Below, one piece after another: positions 48,101 through 57,765 of a DNA stretch of 64,000 bases (its first letter is position 1; the number at the start of each line of letters is the position of its first letter). The stretch spans positions 1 to 64,000 of the forward strand of contig JAZDPV010000012.1 in the NCBI GenBank assembly GCA_043797265.1, read 5' to 3'. This DNA is from an archaeon (GTDB lineage Archaea; Nanobdellota; Nanobdellia; Pacearchaeales; GW2011-AR1). Made by a program: the position numbers and the translations under genes. The notes beneath the pieces were generated by a model. The model made no database searches and was not told the origin of the DNA. It worked only from the letters and a program-made list of their open reading frames with translations.

Positions 48101-50678
48101 CGTCATCATAACCACCCGCAATTCTAAACCGCCCCTTACAAACACCATTCTTCAAACCGCCACACAATCGACTCTCCCTCGACCGCCCCCGATAATCATA
48201 ACTCACAACAACCTCGTCAAAATTTTTCTCCGTCACCGAAATATCAAAATCAATATACCTCGCATACCACCGACCCGCCTCCTTCCAAAACGAACCAGGA
48301 TTATTCACCACCGGCGCAGTCCTGTCAACAACAACCTCACTCTTCACAGACTCGACACCATTCCCCGCAACATCCTCGACGACAAACCAATATTCAACCA
48401 AACCATCCGGCAAATCAACCGAAACATCACACTCCCAATTCCTCCCGACCTCAACGCAACCCTCAACCTCCTCGACAAATCCATCATAATTCAAAAAAAC
48501 TCCCGACGGATTAACCTCCCTAAACCTGACACTAAAATCCCCGTCAGAAAAACCACCGCTCGGCTCGACCTTAAGAATCACGGGCTTTATCGAATCAACA
48601 AAAAAATTCAAACTATGCTCCTCTTTCTCAACCGAATCCGAGCACCTCACAAAAACATCATGCTCCCCCTCGGAAAAAAATCTGCTGCCAAAATACCCGT
48701 CGCAATTCCGGCACAACCTCACCCACCTCGGACTCGACGCCGAATAATCAATATACTCTATCAATCCCAAACTCTTGCTCCCAACAACTTCAAAAGGAAT
48801 ATTCCTCGCAGAAAAAACATCATCATCCGTCGGAGAACTAACAACACATAAACCACCACCAGCACAAACATCCCCTGCATCATCACAACCAAACCTGCAT
48901 TCCTCACAATTATCAACATTTTTACTATCACAATAAGACTCATCCGTCCCGCCATTCACACAAAAATGACTCACATTAGATTCACAAAACGTCCCTTCCT
49001 TACAAGACCTCGTCGACAAACTCTCGCCGCAATCACCATCGTCAAAACACTCAATCGGATTAACCCAAATCGGATTCGTATAAAATCTCCTCTTCCCATC
49101 CTTGCTCACGCAATCAAAACGATAATACTTCTTCCCGGCGTCAATCTCCAAACCAACCTCTGAAAAAGTACCAGTACTATTATAATAATAACCAGGATTA
49201 TCAAGCATATCCGAATAAACCCTGCGCTCAACTCCCGCATCAATAATTCCCTCATAAAAAGAAAAATTACAATACCCGTGAATAAAAACATTCGCTACCA
49301 TCTCCACCTCCCCGCCCTCAAGAATATTAATCTCCTCGCCAAACCCCGCGACATCCCCATGCAAATTATCAAATTTAATAATAAGAAAATCACCATTACT
49401 CACATAACAATTCCCATTCTTCAACGCCTCAAAAATACTCTCCTTAAACTCACTATCCCCGACGGTATACGGCGAATAACAACAAGTATACTCCTTCCCA
49501 AAATTCTGAAAATCCCCATGCGCATCCGACCCCGCCGAAATAAAAACCTTCCGCCCATCCAAAAGAACATCCTTCCACTTCTCAATCCCCTCCTTTAAAT
49601 CTACAACAACCTGTTCATCCTTAATGTCCCCATTCCAAATCTGCAAACCAGAAAACGGCAAAGAATAATCATGCCAAGTATCAACAGTTTCTAAACCTAA
49701 AATTATATCTATATTTGACTCCGGATGTGCAGCATAACTAAATCCACCCTGACCATTAACATTATTAATCACTTCCTCACAAGAAGGATTTTTCGACGAA
49801 AGCACATCAACAAAATTATCCTCGATATAATCCGAATAATCATAAGCCAGCAAATGATTCCCCCCTCCAACTAAATTATAATCACAATTAACTTCCGTGC
49901 CAACCAAACACTTGTCATAACTACTACAATCATTCTTAAAATCACCCCAACTTAAACCAATATCATCATCTTTATGTTCACTAAACGAATTCGAATGGTC
50001 AGTAACCGTCACCCAATCCAAACCCAAAACATCCAACACCGAAACAGTCGCACTAATCGGAGCACCAAACTCCCCCGCCGAAGAAGATAAAAATTTTGTA
50101 TCTGTATAACTACTATGATAATGACTATCCCCACAATACCAATTAGGAATTTTTGGCAAATCTGAATCAATCTGAACAACCAAAGGATAAAACTCATTAT
50201 CCGGCTCAGCATCACCGTCGGGAAACCCAACCCCCTTATACTTAGCAGTAATTTTAATACTATTATTACCATCCTTCTTAAATAAATCAGGATTAAGATA
50301 TTCAACATCATACCAAACACGAGTATTAATCGTGCAATAAGAACCCGAATCTATAGACAATCCTAAATCCGTACAAGAAAAACTTTTAACTAACCTACTC
50401 TTATTATTCCCATCATAAATTTCAACAGCATAAAAAGAATATTCCCAATAATCACTTCCATACGCATCCCTTACCTCAAACAAAACGGGAACAAGTTCGC
50501 CAGACTCGATTCTATGGGGCACGTCGACGATAAATTCTCTCTGAGCAGTCTCTTCGACATAAAGTGGTCTGATTACGCCGGAATCATTCTCCTCGATCAT
50601 ATCCTTATCTACATAAGCCGACACCATAGAAAATAAAACTAAAAATAATAAAATAACTACAAAAAATTGCTTCCTCAT
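48039..50678 (-). CDS. secreted PHP-like (CehA/McbA-type) metallohydrolase with Cys-rich and Ig-like C-terminal domains
   Basis: Signal peptide MRKQFFVVILLF; GDSHYHS, VTDHSN, AAHP, GSDAHG. Confidence 0.8.
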   Translation of the reverse strand: MRKQFFVVILLFLVLFSMVSAYVDKDMIEENDSGVIRPLYVEETAQREFIVDVPHRIESGELVPVLFEVRDAYGSDYWEYSFYAVEIYDGNNKSRLVKSFSCTDLGLSIDSGSYCTINTRVWYDVEYLNPDLFKKDGNNSIKITAKYKGVGFPDGDAEPDNEFYPLVVQIDSDLPKIPNWYCGDSHYHSSYTDTKFLSSSAGEFGAPISATVSVLDVLGLDWVTVTDHSNSFSEHKDDDIGLSWGDFKNDCSSYDKCLVGTEVNCDYNLVGGGNHLLAYDYSDYIEDNFVDVLSSKNPSCEEVINNVNGQGGFSYAAHPESNIDIILGLETVDTWHDYSLPFSGLQIWNGDIKDEQVVVDLKEGIEKWKDVLLDGRKVFISAGSDAHGDFQNFGKEYTCCYSPYTVGDSEFKESIFEALKNGNCYVSNGDFLIIKFDNLHGDVAGFGEEINILEGGEVEMVANVFIHGYCNFSFYEGIIDAGVERRVYSDMLDNPGYYYNSTGTFSEVGLEIDAGKKYYRFDCVSKDGKRRFYTNPIWVNPIECFDDGDCGESLSTRSCKEGTFCESNVSHFCVNGGTDESYCDSKNVDNCEECRFGCDDAGDVCAGGGLCVVSSPTDDDVFSARNIPFEVVGSKSLGLIEYIDYSASSPRWVRLCRNCDGYFGSRFFSEGEHDVFVRCSDSVEKEEHSLNFFVDSIKPVILKVEPSGGFSDGDFSVRFREVNPSGVFLNYDGFVEEVEGCVEVGRNWECDVSVDLPDGLVEYWFVVEDVAGNGVESVKSEVVVDRTAPVVNNPGSFWKEAGRWYARYIDFDISVTEKNFDEVVVSYDYRGRSRESRLCGGLKNGVCKGRFRIAGGYDDVKIVVRDLAGNSADYVLEGL

Positions 50679-50959
50679 AATTTTTTCTCGCAATATTTTC
50701 CTACAAAAATTCCTACAAAAACAAAAATTAAAATTAATAACAAAGAATAAACAAAAAATCCTATTATCCCAGTATTTCCAAAAAAAGGCAGACAGCCTAA
50801 GAAAAAAATAGGATAAAAAATAAAAGCTACCCAAGAATCTATTTTAAATGGACAACTATATCCAACAAATCCTAATGCAATAGAATAATAAATTCCTATA
50901 AGAACATAAATCCCTCCAACTCCCCCCCCAATCAAACCACCTTTCCAAGCCCTCTCCAT
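50675..50959 (-). CDS. small membrane protein
   Basis: Hydrophobic 94 aa ORF whose stop overlaps the next start. Confidence 0.55.
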   Translation of the reverse strand: MERAWKGGLIGGGVGGIYVLIGIYYSIALGFVGYSCPFKIDSWVAFIFYPIFFLGCLPFFGNTGIIGFFVYSLLLILIFVFVGIFVGKYCEKKL

Positions 50960-51015
50960 CCAACCTAAACAAAACCAAACTATTTAAAATCTCCTAAAAA
51001 TTATTCTCCAAATAT

Positions 51016-53937
51016 TTACCTCAAACTCTCTTCAATCACCCCCTTCTCCTCGTCGGTAATCCCATATAACTTGTAAACCTCTTCATTAATCTCATAATCA
51101 ATATTATCAATTTGCTGTTTCAATCTTTCTTTTTCTCCGCCCGCAATTTTCTCATCGTGATATTTTTTCTGAAGTTCAAGCATTTGCTCAACAAGGGAAA
51201 TTATTTTCTTTTCTTGGGCGGAAGGGGGAAGACGAATCGGAAGATTTTTAATAAATCTGTTTTCATAAGAATAATACCCTCCTCGTAAAAATGTAGAAGT
51301 CTTCTTAATAAAAAATTCAGATAACTTACTATTTAAAATTCCCAATAAAATTTCTTTGTTATATTCGTTTTTAACTTTAAGTCCATAACCTCCAGCCACT
51401 CCAGCAGTAAAAAACCATTCTCTCGTTTTGTCTATGGTAAATGAATTTGAAAAAGCATTAAACGGAGTTAGAATCTTTTCCTTTTCAAATTCTTCTAAAT
51501 TTTGAGGTCTACTAAATGCATACCAAGATATTTTATTTTCTTTTACATCTGTTCTATCTTTAAGAAGAGATTTGTGTTTTGTTAAATATTTATAACACTT
51601 AGGGAATTCTTTCTCAAGTTCTCTTTCGGAAATTAAAGTATATTTATTTTCTTTTAAGATATAAGGGAAAATTAAATGCCTTTGAGAAGTTAATGACTTA
51701 TATTTTTTTATTTCTAATCCTTTTACTAATTTTTTCAAAATTTTTCTCTCTATTTCAATATAACCATTTTCTTCGTCGGAGAAAAATTTTCCTTCTTTTT
51801 CATGTATAATAAAAACTTTATCAGCACTAGTTATTAATCCTTGAAATATCTTTTCGCAAACATCTTCTAATTTTAAATCTACTTTATCTAATTTTTCTAA
51901 AAGATTAGAATTATTTTCACTCCCAAAGTTCCAAGTTTTACCTTCTAATTTAGCTTGAGAATAAATAATGGAATTTTGAATATCAATTTCTCCAAAAGAA
52001 GCTTTTTTCAAATCAGAAATTTTTATATAAACTAATTTACTCATTTTATCTTCTTTTGATTTTCTAAGAACATAAATTCCAGGATAAGTAATAGCACTTT
52101 CAAATACTGGCAAATCTCCAAAATCAACAATTTTATTTATAGTTGAATTGTTTAATATAAATTCTCTTAAACTTTCTCCATAATTTGCAGACATAAATTT
52201 TGAAGGCATAATAAACGAAAACAATCCTTTCTCTCTCATTATCTTTAAACTCAATTCTGTGAATAACATATAAGTATCAATATATCCTTTAGCAACATCA
52301 TATTTTTTATTTAACCATTTAACTTCTTTTGGATTAATTTCCTGAACACGAACATACGGCGGATTCCCGACGACAACATCAAAACCTCCACTTTTGAAAA
52401 CATCTGGGAATTGCGCTTTCCAATTAAAAGCCCTGTCTGAAACTTTCGCGTCGTCAATTAATGAATTCCCACATTTAATATTATTTTCAAGATGAGGCAA
52501 AAGCATCTTCCTTGTTTCCTGCGTTTCTTCATCTAAAAGTTTTAATAACAAATTCAATCTCGCAAGTTCAACCGCCTTCTCATCCAAGTCAACTCCATAA
52601 ACGCAGTTTCTCAAAATCTCAATCTTCTGCCCCAAATTTAATTTATCTATTTTCTTCCCAGAATTTTTAAATAAAGTCTTGCTCCCTTCCTCTCCATTAT
52701 TTAATTTATCTTCTATAACATTGCAAACCTCAACAAATGCTCGCGTAATAAACGAACCCGAACCACACGCAGGGTCTAAAATATTCACTTCCAAAATTTC
52801 ATCAATCGTCTTATCTTTAATATATTCATAAACCGTATTCTTAACGATGTAATCCACAATATAAGCGGGAGTATAATAAATTCCCATTTTCTTTCTTTTC
52901 CCCGACGATGAATCCAGTTTCACCCGCTTTTCTGTTCCCGCCAAAATAGTCCCCAAATATTGCTCATAAATCCCTCCAAATAAATCTCCGGGAATCTGGT
53001 CAAATAAATATCTCTCTTGATTTCCCTCGCTCCCAAAATATAATGCAACTATAACTTTTCTTAAAACCTCGTCAGAAAAAGCTCCCTCCTTTTCCAAAAG
53101 TCCTTTCTCAAATAATTTAGAGTCATACTTTTTATTAAATTCTTCAAATTGTTCAAGTAAATAAGGAAATAACTGGAACCTTACTACTTGTTGCCTCACA
53201 TTACTTTCTAAACTTTTAAGAAAATTCATTGGCTCCAACCCCCTATCTTCAACGCTTCTTATAAAAATCAACCTGTCAATTAAAATCTGAACAACCTCGT
53301 CGATAACCTCTTGACTAAGATAATTCTTTTTTGCCTTTAATTCTTTTGAAAGCCAACCTCTAATATTCAATAAATCATTTAAAATATTTTCATCAATCGG
53401 TTTGTTAATTTTTTCATCTTTAGCCGAAAGCAATTTATCTATCTCCCTATTCTCAAAACTCTCCCTCGACAAAAGCCAAAGCAAATCAAACTTCTCAACA
53501 AAATCTTTCGCCTCAAGAATAAAATATGCTCCGTCCTTCTTTAATAAATTTCTATCTATAAGTTTTACATTCGAAAGTGCATGATAAACTCTAAGATGTT
53601 TAAAATTTGTAAGAACAGCAAATTTAATTTTTCTATGATAAGCATACGAAACCGCCTGTCTACCCTCTTCTTCCAACAAATGAACGCTAGTCTTCTTTGC
53701 TTCAATAACAAGTTTTTCTTGGTTCCCAATTCTCAAAATATAATCCGCTCGCCCCTTCAAAATCCTGGTTTCCTTAGAAATCTCTTCCCTTTTCCATCCC
53801 AAAGCTTCAAACAACGGCTCAATAAACTGAAACTTAATATCTTCCTCAGGCATAGAATCAATTTGACTTTTTGGATAAGACTCAAACTTCTCAACCAGCC
53901 TCCCAACCTCTTCCTTCGCCTTCTCTTTATCGCTCAT
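51016..53937 (-). CDS. Type IIG/Eco57I-like restriction-modification fusion (endonuclease, N6-adenine MTase, TRD)
   Basis: RADY..VIEAKK, GIYYTP, LDPACGSG, VVGNPPY. Confidence 0.92.
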   Translation of the reverse strand: MSDKEKAKEEVGRLVEKFESYPKSQIDSMPEEDIKFQFIEPLFEALGWKREEISKETRILKGRADYILRIGNQEKLVIEAKKTSVHLLEEEGRQAVSYAYHRKIKFAVLTNFKHLRVYHALSNVKLIDRNLLKKDGAYFILEAKDFVEKFDLLWLLSRESFENREIDKLLSAKDEKINKPIDENILNDLLNIRGWLSKELKAKKNYLSQEVIDEVVQILIDRLIFIRSVEDRGLEPMNFLKSLESNVRQQVVRFQLFPYLLEQFEEFNKKYDSKLFEKGLLEKEGAFSDEVLRKVIVALYFGSEGNQERYLFDQIPGDLFGGIYEQYLGTILAGTEKRVKLDSSSGKRKKMGIYYTPAYIVDYIVKNTVYEYIKDKTIDEILEVNILDPACGSGSFITRAFVEVCNVIEDKLNNGEEGSKTLFKNSGKKIDKLNLGQKIEILRNCVYGVDLDEKAVELARLNLLLKLLDEETQETRKMLLPHLENNIKCGNSLIDDAKVSDRAFNWKAQFPDVFKSGGFDVVVGNPPYVRVQEINPKEVKWLNKKYDVAKGYIDTYMLFTELSLKIMREKGLFSFIMPSKFMSANYGESLREFILNNSTINKIVDFGDLPVFESAITYPGIYVLRKSKEDKMSKLVYIKISDLKKASFGEIDIQNSIIYSQAKLEGKTWNFGSENNSNLLEKLDKVDLKLEDVCEKIFQGLITSADKVFIIHEKEGKFFSDEENGYIEIERKILKKLVKGLEIKKYKSLTSQRHLIFPYILKENKYTLISERELEKEFPKCYKYLTKHKSLLKDRTDVKENKISWYAFSRPQNLEEFEKEKILTPFNAFSNSFTIDKTREWFFTAGVAGGYGLKVKNEYNKEILLGILNSKLSEFFIKKTSTFLRGGYYSYENRFIKNLPIRLPPSAQEKKIISLVEQMLELQKKYHDEKIAGGEKERLKQQIDNIDYEINEEVYKLYGITDEEKGVIEESLR

Positions 53938-54022
53938 CACACTCCCTCACACCATTCACATTTCCCACTCGGACACTCCCCCTCCAACAACTCCAACGCC
54001 CCCCTCCAAACCTTCTCCTCCA
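53937..54022 (-). pseudogene. orphan diverged copy of the nuclease 3' end
   Basis: EEKVWRGALELLEGECPSGKCEWCEGV* versus EDEWKSAIKLLNSDCPTKSCEWCEGR*. Confidence 0.75.
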
Positions 54023-54670
54023 TCATCTCCCCTCGCACCACTCACACGATTTAGTTGGACAATCAGAGTTTAATAATTTTATTGCACTCTTCCATTCATC
54101 CTCTGCAACTTCAACATCAACCTTCATCTTCACCAACTCGCTATCAAAAATAACTTCTCCCGTCGACAAAACTTCCTTCGGCACATAAAACAAAAGAAAA
54201 AAATAATCCTCCGTCTCGTAGCCGTTCTTCCTCAAAAGAAAATTATAAACATTCTGTTGCAATCTATAATGCTCCGCCGTGTCGTCTTTGACCGCATAAC
54301 CCCTCGTCTTGTAATCCAACACAATCAACTTCTTCCCTTTCATCAAAATATTATCAACCGCCCCGTGCAACTCATTCCCATTCTTGTCCGTCCACGAAAT
54401 CCCCTTAAAATTATTCTGCCAAACCTTCATCTTCTCCGAATCATCAAACAACTTCATATCCTCGCAATGACAATTGTCGCACAACTCCGGCGGCAACAAC
54501 CCCTTGTCCCGAAACTTGTCAAAATGAATTTTCAAAATTCTATCCATCCCCGACGGCAGCGACGGAAAAACTCCGCTCGGCCGCTTCCAAACTTTATGTT
54601 GCGTCAGCCAAAAGCATCTCGGACACTCCTTAAACAAATTCAAAACCGACGGCGACAACTTATATCCCAT
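54023..54670 (-). CDS. PD-(D/E)XK nuclease (RecB/AddB/Cas4-like)
   Basis: LSPS..CPRCF, GAVD, LDYKT, Q..VY, C-terminal CEWC. Confidence 0.85.
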   Translation of the reverse strand: MGYKLSPSVLNLFKECPRCFWLTQHKVWKRPSGVFPSLPSGMDRILKIHFDKFRDKGLLPPELCDNCHCEDMKLFDDSEKMKVWQNNFKGISWTDKNGNELHGAVDNILMKGKKLIVLDYKTRGYAVKDDTAEHYRLQQNVYNFLLRKNGYETEDYFFLLFYVPKEVLSTGEVIFDSELVKMKVDVEVAEDEWKSAIKLLNSDCPTKSCEWCEGR

Positions 54671-54765
54671 TCCAAACAAACAACCTCACCCTATAAAAAA
54701 TTACCTATCACAACTTCTCACCACTTCCCTCATCCTGCGTTAGTCCTGCGTTAGTCCGCGTGCTA

Positions 54766-57336
54766 TTACTCCCCCCTCTCCTCAAACGGCACTCTAACCA
54801 AATCCGAAACCCTATCCCCGTCCTTCAACTTAATCACCCTAACCCCCTGCGTCGCCCGTCCCATAATCCGAATATTCTTCACCGGCGTCCTAATCACAAT
54901 CCCTTTCTTCGTCGTCACAATAATATTATCGCTATCAATAACCGACTCCGACTTCACAATCTCTCCCGTCTTCGCCGTAACCTTCATATTAATCACGCCC
55001 TTCCCCGCACGCCCCGTCAGCCGATAGTCCTCAATCTCACTCCTCTTCCCATAACCATTCCTCGAAATCGTCAAAACCGAAAACCCCTCTCCTATTTTCA
55101 ACTTTCTATTTTCTATTTTCCCGGCCGGCAACACCTCAAGCGAAACCACCTTGTCATTTTTATTTAATTTAATCCCAGCGACGCCATAAGACGCCCGCCC
55201 CATCGCACGAACATCCTCGTTCTTAAAATGAATCGCCTGCCCTTTCGCCGTCACCAGCAAAACTTCCTGCCCTTCCTTCATCGGCTTGACATCAACCAAA
55301 CTATCTCCCGTCTCCACAACTTTAATCGCCTTAACCCCGCCCTTCCTCGGATTCGCAAACTGCGCCAGCTCAATCTTCTTCACAACACCCTTCTCCGTCG
55401 CCATCATAAGATAATCTTTAAACTCTTTCACCGCCAAAACCGACGTCACTCTCTCATCCTTCAACTCAAGCAAATTCACAATCGCCTTCCCCCTAGTCGA
55501 CTTCGCCGACGCCGGCACCTCATACGCCTTCAACCAATGCACCTTTCCCTTGTCCGTAAAAAACAACATATAATCGTGCGTCGAACAAGTCAGCAATTCT
55601 TTCACGAAATCCCCCTCGCTCAAATCCGAACCAATCACACCCCGCCCGCCCCGTCGCTGTTCCCTGTATTGCTCCAAATCCAATCTCTTAATATAACCCC
55701 TGTCCGTAATCGTCACCACCACATCCCTCTTGTCAACCAAATCCTTCTCCTCCAACTCCTTCACCGCCCCGACAATCTTCGTCTTCCTCGCGTCCCCATA
55801 ATTCGCCTTCATCTCCTCCAACTCCTTCCGAATAATTTTCAAAATCAATTTCTCGTCCCCAAGAATCTTCTTCAATTTCTCAATCAACACCCTCAGCTCC
55901 TTCTCCTCGCTCTTCAACTTGTCAAACTCCAACGACGTAATCTGATGCAACCTCATTTCCAAAATCGCCTCAACCTGTCTGTCGCTCAAACTATATTTCA
56001 ACTTCAACCCCACAGCCGCCTCGGTCTTGCCCTTCGCCGCCCGAATCAATTTTACAACAGCGTCGATATTACTCTGCGCAATCAACAACCCATCAACAAT
56101 ATGCAGCCTCTTCTCCGCCTTGTCCAAATCAAACTCGTTCGTCTTCCTCACGACCTTCTGCCTATGCCCCACGTATACCTTGATATACTCGCGCAAAGTC
56201 AACAACCTCGGCACAAAATCAACCAACGCCAACATATTCGCATTAAACGCGACCCTCAACTGAGTAAATTTATACAAACGATTCAAAGTAAACTTCGGCT
56301 CAGCATCTTTCCTCAACTCAATCACAACCCGAACCTTCCCCTTCGACGACTCGTCCCGAATATCTGCAACATCCGGCAGCTTCTTGTCCCGAACCAGCAT
56401 CGCAATCTGCTCAACCAAAACCGACTTGTTCACCTGATAAGGAACTTCGCTAATCACAATCTTCATCTTGTCCTTCGACCTCCTCGGCTCCTCAACAATC
56501 GTCTTTCCCTCGACAACCAACTTCCCCCTCCCCTCAGTATAAATTCTTCTTATCTCCCCCGAAACCGAACCGCCCGTCGGAAAATCCGGCGCCTTAATCG
56601 CAGCAATCAAATCCTTGTCATCGCAATTCGGATTATCAAGCCACGTCAAAATCGCATCGCAAGTATTATTCAAATTATGCGGCGGAATATTCGTCGCCAT
56701 TCCAACAGCAATCCCGCTCGCCCCGTTCAAAAACAAATTCGGAATCCGCCCCGGCATCACGACCGGCTCCTCGTTCGTATTAGAATAATTCAACATCATC
56801 TTCACCGTCTTCTTGTCAATATCCATCAGCAACTCATCAGAAATTTTCGCCATCTTCGCCTCGGTATACCTGTAAGCCGCCGCGCCGTCGCCATCCATCG
56901 AACCAAAATTTCCCTGCCCGATAACCAGCGGATATCTAAACGACCAATCCTGCGCCATCCTGACCATCGCCTCATAAATCGAAGCGTCCCCATGCGGATG
57001 ATACTTCCCCATCGTGTCCCCGACAATCGCCGCCGACTTCTTCGTCTGCTTATTAAAATAAATCCCTAAGTCATTCATCGCCCACAAAATCCGACGCTGA
57101 ACCGGCTTCAACCCATCCTCCGCCGCCGGCAACGCCCTCGCAACAATAACCGACATCGCATAATTCAAATACGCCTCCCGCATCTCCGTCGAAATCTCGG
57201 CATCAATCAACTCCTTCGCCATCACCGACGCCTTCAGCTCCTCGCGCCTCTTCGCAAAATCCTCCGAATCTTTTTCCGCCTCGTCCATCTCAATCTCCTT
57301 CACATCATCATTCTCAACAACTTCATCTTTGTTCAT
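54766..57336 (-). CDS. gyrA: DNA gyrase subunit A
   Basis: DGLKPVQRR, YHPHGD, AAYRYTE, GyrA box QRRGGRG, CTD repeats. Confidence 0.97.
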   Translation of the reverse strand: MNKDEVVENDDVKEIEMDEAEKDSEDFAKRREELKASVMAKELIDAEISTEMREAYLNYAMSVIVARALPAAEDGLKPVQRRILWAMNDLGIYFNKQTKKSAAIVGDTMGKYHPHGDASIYEAMVRMAQDWSFRYPLVIGQGNFGSMDGDGAAAYRYTEAKMAKISDELLMDIDKKTVKMMLNYSNTNEEPVVMPGRIPNLFLNGASGIAVGMATNIPPHNLNNTCDAILTWLDNPNCDDKDLIAAIKAPDFPTGGSVSGEIRRIYTEGRGKLVVEGKTIVEEPRRSKDKMKIVISEVPYQVNKSVLVEQIAMLVRDKKLPDVADIRDESSKGKVRVVIELRKDAEPKFTLNRLYKFTQLRVAFNANMLALVDFVPRLLTLREYIKVYVGHRQKVVRKTNEFDLDKAEKRLHIVDGLLIAQSNIDAVVKLIRAAKGKTEAAVGLKLKYSLSDRQVEAILEMRLHQITSLEFDKLKSEEKELRVLIEKLKKILGDEKLILKIIRKELEEMKANYGDARKTKIVGAVKELEEKDLVDKRDVVVTITDRGYIKRLDLEQYREQRRGGRGVIGSDLSEGDFVKELLTCSTHDYMLFFTDKGKVHWLKAYEVPASAKSTRGKAIVNLLELKDERVTSVLAVKEFKDYLMMATEKGVVKKIELAQFANPRKGGVKAIKVVETGDSLVDVKPMKEGQEVLLVTAKGQAIHFKNEDVRAMGRASYGVAGIKLNKNDKVVSLEVLPAGKIENRKLKIGEGFSVLTISRNGYGKRSEIEDYRLTGRAGKGVINMKVTAKTGEIVKSESVIDSDNIIVTTKKGIVIRTPVKNIRIMGRATQGVRVIKLKDGDRVSDLVRVPFEERGE

Positions 57337-57419
57337 CTTATTTCACTCCATTCCTCCTAATCCATTTAACACACTTCTCCGTCAATAAATCAAAATCCTT
57401 CTCTCTATCAAACTCAAAC

Positions 57420-57662
57420 TTAACTATTCCCATTTTCCCTCCACGCCCCGCGTTTATTCGCGTTCATTCGTGAGCCATTTTTCTTCCCCAATTTATTTTT
57501 ATCAACAACCAAAATCGGGAAACTCACATTGGTATACCCACACTTCGAACACCTCATCTTCGGTATAATCCCAAATAAATTCCCAAGCCCAAAGGTATAC
57601 CCAACATTAGTCGACCTGCATCTCGGACAAAACGAAACTTTAACTTTCTTCACCATTTCCAA
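57420..57662 (-). CDS. small zinc-ribbon protein
   Basis: CPRC...CSKC. Confidence 0.7.
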   Translation of the reverse strand: MEMVKKVKVSFCPRCRSTNVGYTFGLGNLFGIIPKMRCSKCGYTNVSFPILVVDKNKLGKKNGSRMNANKRGAWRENGNS

Positions 57663-57765
57663 CCCTCCACCAAATCAACACAAAATCGGCAACGAAGTTG
57701 CCTTAACTTAAACCTGACGCCTGACGCCTGACGCCTGACGCCTGATTTATGAAAATCTTTGATTT

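Noticed and set aside
54023-54670. Nuclease as CRISPR Cas4
   Set aside because: No cas1/cas2 or array nearby; treated as a solo PD-(D/E)XK nuclease
55228-57069. 613 aa + strand ORF, and similar long ORFs at 58669, 29595, 8395 and 21894
   Set aside because: Antisense shadows of gyrA, gyrB, ppsA and other real genes, explained by strand bias; no recognisable motifs
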